Shown piece by piece: positions 26,660-32,000 of a DNA stretch of 32,000 nucleotides. Position 1 is the first letter of the stretch, and each line of letters begins with the position of its first letter. A program made the position numbers and the translations under genes. Origin of the DNA: Nitrosococcus oceani ATCC 19707 (GTDB lineage Bacteria; Pseudomonadota; Gammaproteobacteria; Nitrosococcales; Nitrosococcaceae); contig NC_007484.1 of NCBI RefSeq assembly GCF_000012805.1, positions 1,110,001 to 1,142,000 on the forward strand. Reading direction: 5' to 3'. Under the pieces are notes generated by a model. The model was not told the DNA's origin and did not search any database. It saw only the letters and a list, made by a program, of their open reading frames with translations.

Positions 26660-26746
26660 CGGGGAATTCCTCGCTGGCAGCTTTATTTATTAAATATAGT
26701 AGGTTTCTAGGCAGCGAGGCGAGAAGCTTCTTCCAATTAATATCAA

Positions 26747-27457
26747 TTAGGAATCTACGGAACGCTTGAATCTTAAATCCCATACTCCATGTCCTTGTTG
26801 CTGGCCTCGGGCTTCAAATTTGGTACGAGGTCTTTGGGTAGACTGGCCTTCGTTTGTAAGTTGATTAAAACCGGCGTGTTGGCTTAGCACGGCCTTTATC
26901 TGCTCGGCATAGTCTTGCCAATCGGTGGCGAGATGGAACCAGCCGCCAGGCTTAATTTTACGTTCCAGCAAGTCCACAAAAGAGGGTTGGATCAACCTTC
27001 GCTTGTGATGGCGCTTCTTGGGCCAGGGGTCGGGAAAAAAGATTTGAACGCCGTCCAATGATGGATTGGGAAGAGCACGTTGGAGTACCTCCCAGGCATC
27101 ACCGTGGATAACCCGGATATTTTCCAGTCCTTCGGCTTTAAGGCGCAGCAGCAGATGGCCTATTCCAGGACGATAAACCTCAATCCCTAGAAAATCACGC
27201 TCAGGCGCGGCACGGGCCTGCTGGAGTAAAGATTCTCCATTGCCAAACCCGATTTCCAGGATTCGCTCCGCCTGTCGGTTGAAGATGGCTGCTAAATTCA
27301 GGGGACCGGTCCCCAAATCTATGCCATAACGGGGCCATAAGTGTTCCAAGGCTTTTTTCTGGGCTGGGGTCATACGGCCTTCCCGGCGCACAAAGCTTGT
27401 GATTGGGCGGGGTTGAAAAGATTCCCCCCGCTCTTCCAGTGTTATTGAATTTGACAT
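26747..27457 (-). CDS. trmB: tRNA (guanine46-N7)-methyltransferase
   Basis: It has the SAM motif ILEIGFGNGE, plus FLGIEV and FFPDPWPKKRHHKRR. Length is 236 aa. Confidence 0.9.
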   Translation of the reverse strand: MSNSITLEERGESFQPRPITSFVRREGRMTPAQKKALEHLWPRYGIDLGTGPLNLAAIFNRQAERILEIGFGNGESLLQQARAAPERDFLGIEVYRPGIGHLLLRLKAEGLENIRVIHGDAWEVLQRALPNPSLDGVQIFFPDPWPKKRHHKRRLIQPSFVDLLERKIKPGGWFHLATDWQDYAEQIKAVLSQHAGFNQLTNEGQSTQRPRTKFEARGQQQGHGVWDLRFKRSVDS

Positions 27458-27492
27458 GGGAGAGTATAATAAAGTCGGAATTATTAATCTTA

Positions 27493-28014
27493 TCAGCGGA
27501 TAGTTTGCTGCTTGGTGGGGAACCGAGGCGTCTCCAGGAGCGGGAGATCACCTAATTCGTCCACCTCCAGATAAGAGGAAGCCGCTATATCGGTAGCGTT
27601 CATCATTTCGGCGACCCGCTGCAAGGCCGAGATAATGAGATTTTGTTCCCAATCCTGCAAACCTTCGAATTGCCTGATAAAACTGGTTTGTAACAGCGCA
27701 GGCGAATTCTGAATGAGTTTCTCACTGCTTGCTGTCAGTTGGACGTAGACTTTACGCTTATCAGTTTCACCGCGCTGGCGGTGGATCAAGCCCCGCTTTT
27801 CCAAACGATCCAAGATGTTGGTGACTGTGGCTTGGCTGAGACTGACTTCCCTGGCGAGGACACCAATCGTCATTTCTCCCACCCGGCGAATGGTTTGCAT
27901 AATCAAGAGTTGGGGTGCCGTCAGGCCCGAAACCTTGTTGAGTTGTTTGGAGTGAAGATCAGTAGCCCGGATGATCTGGCGCAGCGCCACCAGGACTTCG
28001 TTAGTATCTTTCAT
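27493..28014 (-). CDS. ectR: MarR-family transcriptional regulator (EctR-like by position)
   Basis: It has a winged-helix core (LTAPQLLIMQTIRRVGEMTIGVLAREVSLSQATVTNILDRLEKRGLIHRQR). It is divergently transcribed from ectC, as described for EctR in halophilic methanotrophs. The symbol is tentative. Confidence 0.7.
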   Translation of the reverse strand: MKDTNEVLVALRQIIRATDLHSKQLNKVSGLTAPQLLIMQTIRRVGEMTIGVLAREVSLSQATVTNILDRLEKRGLIHRQRGETDKRKVYVQLTASSEKLIQNSPALLQTSFIRQFEGLQDWEQNLIISALQRVAEMMNATDIAASSYLEVDELGDLPLLETPRFPTKQQTIR

Positions 28015-28091
28015 CGTTTATAATACGAAGCTATTTATTACCGTTAAATAGGGTAATTAACCCAAATTGGTCCATTTTACAAAGAAAAATA

Positions 28092-28109
28092 TATTTAGTA
28101 CACTAAATA
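28092..28109. promoter_or_regulatory. 18-bp palindrome TATTTAGT-AC-ACTAAATA in the ectR/ectC divergent promoter region (candidate MarR operator)
   Basis: It has perfect 8-bp arms with a 2-nt spacer, 58 nt upstream of the ectC ATG. A second inverted repeat, ATTACC-N9-GGTAAT, lies at 28037-28057. Confidence 0.5.
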
Positions 28110-28166
28110 ATTTTCTATGAATCAGGGGCAGGCTGGATACCCGCCATAATTTGCGAGGTGCAATGA

Positions 28167-28568
28167 ATGATCGTCAGAGACTATAACAAAGCCAAGGAAA
28201 CAGACCGGCGGGTAGTAGCGAGCCAGTGGGAGAGTGTGCGGTTATTGCTCAAGAGCGATAACATGGGTTTCTCCTTTCATATCACTACCATTTATGAAGG
28301 CGCCGAACTCCCCATGGAGTATAAGCATCATTTGGAGTCGGTCTACTGTCTTTCCGGTGAGGGGGAAGTGGAAACCTTGGCCGATGGCAAAATCCATCCT
28401 ATCCGGCCAGGCGTCATTTACATTCTTGACCACAATGATCAGCATATTCTGCGGGCTAAAACTGAAATGCAGATGGCCTGCGTATTTAATCCGCCGCTGA
28501 CCGGTAAAGAAGTCCACGATTCCTCTGGCGCCTATCCCCTGGAAGCCGAGGCAGTAACTGCCGACTAA
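28167..28568 (+). CDS. ectC: L-ectoine synthase
   Basis: It is collinear over its full length with canonical EctC as I recall the Halomonas sequence: MIVR..., [44 protein letters not shown] and ACVF.P.LTG.EVH. Confidence 0.9.
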
Positions 28569-28628
28569 GGGGCGTTTCCGAACGATTTTGGCGCTATTTC
28601 CTTCCGCAACCGACACAATGATTGATAT

Positions 28629-30071
28629 ATGAATGGACATACAGTAGAAAAAATTGGTGGCACCTCCATGTCCCGCACTCAAGAAGTACTGGATAATATC
28701 CTGATGGGTAAACGCAAGGAGCAGGAACTCTATAATCGAATCTTTGTGGTATCCGCTTACGGTGGTATTACTGATATGCTGCTCGAACATAAAAAATCCG
28801 GCGCTTCAGGCGTGTACGCTCTCTATGCTGGCGCCGAGTCGGACTGGGCTTGGGGCGACTTGCTAAATAAGGTGGGCGAGCGGATGTGCGAGATCAACAT
28901 GGAAATCTTCGAGGATGATCTTAGTTGCCAAAAAGCCGATCAGTTTGTCAGAGAACGTATCGAAGGCGTCCGCTCCTGCCTGATTGATTTACACCGGCTG
29001 TGCTCCTACGGCCATTTTCAGTTAGATGAACACCTCATCACCGTCCGGGAAATGCTAGCCGCTATCGGGGAAGCCCATAGCGCCTTTAATACCGCGCTAT
29101 TGTTGCAGCAGCACGGGGTCAATGCCCATTTTATCGATCTGACCGGCTGGCGGGAGTTAGATAATCTGACCCTTGAGGAACGCATCCAACAAGCTTTCAA
29201 CTCCCTTGACCTGGCGCGGGAACTGCCCATCGTCACCGGCTACCCGCGCTGCAAGGAAGGCACCATGATGATCTACGATCGAGGCTATTCAGAGATTACC
29301 TTTTCCAAAATTGCGGTACTGACCGAGGCCCGGGAAGCCATCATCCATAAGGAATATCATCTCTCTAGCGCCGACCCGAAGGTGGTGGACAAGGACAGAG
29401 TCGAGCCCATCGGTCGTACCAATTATGATGTTGCTGATCAGCTTTCCAATCTGGGAATGGAAGCGATTCACCCAAAAGCGGCCAAGGGTCTGCGGCAGTG
29501 CCATATTCCCCTTAGAGTCAAAAATGCCTTCGATCCCGATCATGCCGGCACCCTCATTGATGGGGACTATAAGAGCGATACGCCCTGCGTGGAAATTATT
29601 GCTGGCCGCAAGGGAGTGTTTGCCATTGAATTCTTTGAGCAGGATATGGTGGGAAGTTCGGGTTACGATACTCAATTGCTGGCCCTCCTGGAGCGGTTCA
29701 AGCTCAAAATCGTAGCCAAGGACACCAATGCCAACACCATTACCCATTTCGTGGCTAGCTCCTTAAAAGCCATCAAACGGGTGACCCACGCCATGGAAGA
29801 CGCTTTCCCCTCGGCTGCGGTGGCAGTGCGCAAGGTGGCTCTGGTTTCCGCTATCGGCTCCAATATGCAAGTGCCGGGGCTCTTGTCCAATGCTGTCAGC
29901 GCCCTGGCCAAGGCAGACATCAATATTCTGGCGCTGCATCAATCTATGCGGCAGGTGGATATGCAGTTCGTAGTGGATGAAAAAGATTACGAAGAAGCCA
30001 TCATCCATCTCCATGAACACCTTATCGAAAGCTACTCCCTGCCTGCCCCCCGTTCCGTGGGAGCCGCTTAG
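28629..30071 (+). CDS. ask: Aspartate kinase, ectoine-associated type (Ask_Ect)
   Basis: The N-terminal VEKIGGTSM kinase motif is present and the length is 480 aa, with C-terminal ACT-like repeats. It lies 60 nt downstream of ectC, and I saw no hairpin in between. Confidence 0.85.
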   Translation: MNGHTVEKIGGTSMSRTQEVLDNILMGKRKEQELYNRIFVVSAYGGITDMLLEHKKSGASGVYALYAGAESDWAWGDLLNKVGERMCEINMEIFEDDLSCQKADQFVRERIEGVRSCLIDLHRLCSYGHFQLDEHLITVREMLAAIGEAHSAFNTALLLQQHGVNAHFIDLTGWRELDNLTLEERIQQAFNSLDLARELPIVTGYPRCKEGTMMIYDRGYSEITFSKIAVLTEAREAIIHKEYHLSSADPKVVDKDRVEPIGRTNYDVADQLSNLGMEAIHPKAAKGLRQCHIPLRVKNAFDPDHAGTLIDGDYKSDTPCVEIIAGRKGVFAIEFFEQDMVGSSGYDTQLLALLERFKLKIVAKDTNANTITHFVASSLKAIKRVTHAMEDAFPSAAVAVRKVALVSAIGSNMQVPGLLSNAVSALAKADINILALHQSMRQVDMQFVVDEKDYEEAIIHLHEHLIESYSLPAPRSVGAA

Positions 30072-30355
30072 GGGCAGCTGCTAGCTGGCATTCTTTCCGA
30101 TGAGGCGCCTTTTTCCCTCTATGCCTTCTTGGTGTGATTAGGGGATCGGAGCCGTTCCTCTTTGAGCGCGCTCATGATTCCAAAGTTCTTGCTTGTAGCA
30201 TAGGCAGAATCAGCGTGATACGCATGGTTTTAGCTACGGGCGCTGCTCTTATTAAACTTCTTTCTTAACTAGATAGTAAGCATCGGCTCTAAGCGCACTT
30301 GTTTTATAGCAGCGAGTTGCTAGTTTTAATCAAGGTGGAACATAAGAAATAATCC

Positions 30356-31582
30356 GTGCCCCCCCGTTTGAGAAAACGACTAGTCAAGTCAATTAGAAAC
30401 CGGGCTCGAGTGAGGTCGTCGGCGTCACGAAAAGCGGCGTCTCTGCCACGCCGAGAGGTAGGTGTCCGTGCCTATGAGCGCGGTGCGCGATCCAGGCTGC
30501 AAAAATTTCGGCAAGGAACGGCTTTAGCCGTTGCGTTGACCGCAGCGCTACTACTGCTGTTCGGCGGTATGGATGAAACGGCGGGTCAAGAGCCGAATAA
30601 TACCACGGTGATTTCCGCGCTTGATAGCCCTGCGGTTAAACAGCCCATCAAGGCCGATCCCGAAGCCTCGTTGGAGGAAGCGACCACGACTATCCGTGAT
30701 CTGCTAAGCGGTTTTTATGGGTTGCTGCCAAAAATTCTAATTGCCCTGCTCTTCCTGGTGGCAGCCTGGCTGTTAGGAAAAGCCTTGCGGGTGATTACCC
30801 ACAGATTGCTGCGGGGATGGGAACGAAGTGAGGCGATTGCCGCCCTGGTGCGCATCGCTCTCTTTTTAGTAGCCATTGGAGCGGGCCTCAGCGTTATTGC
30901 AGGTGATGCGAGAGCCTTGGTGGGATCAGTGGGGCTGGCTGGGCTGGCGCTCTCATGGGCGTTGCAAACGCCCATCGAAAGCTTTACTGGCTGGGTGCTT
31001 AATGCCTTGCGAGACTATTATCGGCCTGGGGACCGTATTGCAGTGGGTGAGGTTTTTGGCGATGTATACCGCATTGACATTTTGACAACGACGGTTTGGG
31101 AAGCAGGCGGATCTGGCAAGCACGTGGCGGGCGCGCAACCGACGGGAGCTTTTATTACCTTTCCGAATTGGGAAATTCTCCGCTCCAATATTATCAATTA
31201 CAGTCGGGACTTTCCCTATGTGTGGGATGAAGTCGTGTTCGGGATTGCCAATGAAAGCGATCTCGCCTACACCGTCGAGATCTTTCGGCGCGTTGCCGGA
31301 GAAGTGGTTGGACCGATGATGCGTCAACCTATCGCCGAGTATCGGCGCTTGTTAGAGCGCGAGCGGCTAGCGTTCGATGTGGAAGCCGAGCCGCAGGTGT
31401 ATCTCTCCTTGGCAGAGGCATGGACCAACTGCACCATCCGTTATCTGGTGCCGGTTCGGCAGCGGCGGCGATGGGCGAGCGAGTTAATTCTAGCACTCTC
31501 CATTGAGATGATACGCCCCGAACACAAGGATCGCATCATAGGAGGGTATCCCCGTAGGGAAATCGATTTACTCGACAATTAG
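30356..31582 (+). CDS. MscS-family mechanosensitive ion channel
   Basis: It has a pore helix and beta-domain signature: GLAGLALSWALQTPIESFTGWVLNALRDYYRPGDRIAVGEVFGDVYRIDILTTTVWE. The GTG start gives a ~55-aa Arg-rich N-terminus, so the true start is uncertain. Confidence 0.75.
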   Translation: MPPRLRKRLVKSIRNRARVRSSASRKAASLPRREVGVRAYERGARSRLQKFRQGTALAVALTAALLLLFGGMDETAGQEPNNTTVISALDSPAVKQPIKADPEASLEEATTTIRDLLSGFYGLLPKILIALLFLVAAWLLGKALRVITHRLLRGWERSEAIAALVRIALFLVAIGAGLSVIAGDARALVGSVGLAGLALSWALQTPIESFTGWVLNALRDYYRPGDRIAVGEVFGDVYRIDILTTTVWEAGGSGKHVAGAQPTGAFITFPNWEILRSNIINYSRDFPYVWDEVVFGIANESDLAYTVEIFRRVAGEVVGPMMRQPIAEYRRLLERERLAFDVEAEPQVYLSLAEAWTNCTIRYLVPVRQRRRWASELILALSIEMIRPEHKDRIIGGYPRREIDLLDN

Positions 31583-31648
31583 ACTTGAGCATCAGCAAGT
31601 TTTTCGTGGTGAGTTGGAGCGCCACAATGCTGCCCCCTCAGCTCACTT

Positions 31649-31660
31649 GGCGCGAGGGCC
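31649..31660 (+). repeat. Third exact copy of the GCGCGAGGGCC intergenic motif
   Basis: GGCGCGAGGGCC is preceded by TCACTT, the reverse complement of the AAGTGA seen beside the other copies. It lies in the convergent gap between the MscS gene and the repeat-protein gene. Confidence 0.5.
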
Positions 31661-32000
31661 TATGCTTGCTTTATTTCCTTGATTGGCCCCAGCAGTTCGT
31701 CAAGGTGAGGGGAAATGGGCTCCCCGAGTGGCAGGAACCAGACTGGGGGTTTTCCTTGCTCGCGATATTGCCGGTCCAGGGCGTTGAGCACGTCTTGCGT
31801 TGACGGGGCCGGGCCGAGGAGTTTTTCCAGGTGGGAAGCTACTGGCTGATCCAGGGGCAGATCGAGTTGGGAGGGGCCAAGGAGCGCTTCCAAATGGGGC
31901 GCGATAGGCTCCGTGAGCGGCAAGAACCAAACGGCCGGCTTGTGTTCCCGCCGGTATTGTTCGTCCAGGGCGTTGAGCATCATCTGCACCGGCTGGGCCG
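31660..32000 (-). CDS. Hypothetical protein built of tandem 63-aa repeats (5' end probably outside the window)
   Basis: LNALDEQYRREHKPAVWFLPLTEPIAPHLEALLGP recurs 63 aa later as LNALDRQYREQGKPPVWFLPLGEPISPHLDELLGP. The DNA has a 189-nt period (GTCCAGGGCGTTGAGCA at 31774 and 31963). The frame stays open to the window edge. Confidence 0.6.
   Translation of the reverse strand, partial: AQPVQMMLNALDEQYRREHKPAVWFLPLTEPIAPHLEALLGPSQLDLPLDQPVASHLEKLLGPAPSTQDVLNALDRQYREQGKPPVWFLPLGEPISPHLDELLGPIKEIKQA

Noticed and set aside
28242-28790. 182-aa minus-strand ORF spanning ectC, the ectC-ask spacer and the start of ask.
   Set aside because: It overlaps two confidently identified plus-strand genes, and its translation has no recognisable domain.
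31585-31803. 72-aa plus-strand ORF after the MscS gene.
   Set aside because: It overlaps the minus-strand repeat protein, whose internal repeats show conservative amino-acid substitutions. The plus-frame translation shows no such structure.
1-32000. Scan for tRNA or rRNA genes, CRISPR arrays, IS elements or transposases, integrases and prophage genes.
   Set aside because: I saw no T-loop or anticodon-arm-like tRNA signatures and no regularly spaced direct repeats. No ORF had transposase, integrase or phage motifs. The only repeats are the short intergenic motif family and the in-gene 189-nt tandem repeat.

Overview
This is a chromosomal window of roughly 50% GC (by eye) that looks gammaproteobacterial. 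All calls come from reading the ORF translations and DNA by eye, with no searches run. The ectoine genes suggest a halophile, and the GC content and synteny are compatible with a Nitrosococcus/Chromatiales-like genome, which I cannot verify.

The backbone is a conserved housekeeping block: leuD-leuB-(inserted sulfatase-like gene)-asd-fimV-truA-trpF-trpB-trpA-accD-folC. Three less ordinary neighbourhoods surround it.

1. Positions 1-5305 hold a translationally coupled Ter-associated module: PRTase/TRSP, HAD, StiP-like PRTase+PELOTA, TIM-barrel C-C lyase, DUF475/TerC-like membrane protein and TerD. The family was predicted computationally to make a nucleoside-like metabolite, and I know of no experimentally defined product. 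It is followed by pncB and an unlisted 53-aa membrane ORF.
2. Positions 24815-26659 hold a minus-strand pair of predicted lipoprotein phospholipases, one patatin-like and one with a bacterial/fungal secreted-PLA2-like motif. They lie between folC and trmB.
3. Positions 27493-31582 hold an ectoine-related locus: a MarR/EctR-like regulator, an 18-bp palindrome, ectC, an ask_ect-type aspartokinase and an MscS-family channel. ectA and ectB are absent.

Other items:
- An MFS-S2P/CBS pair.
- A 19-Cys four-helix-bundle (copper-storage-like) protein flanked by two noncoding gaps of about 530-540 bp.
- A short intergenic repeat family with core GCGCGAGGGCC, seen at three loci.
- leuD without leuC.
- A window-edge protein built from 63-aa tandem repeats.

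I found no tRNA, rRNA, CRISPR array, transposase or prophage genes.
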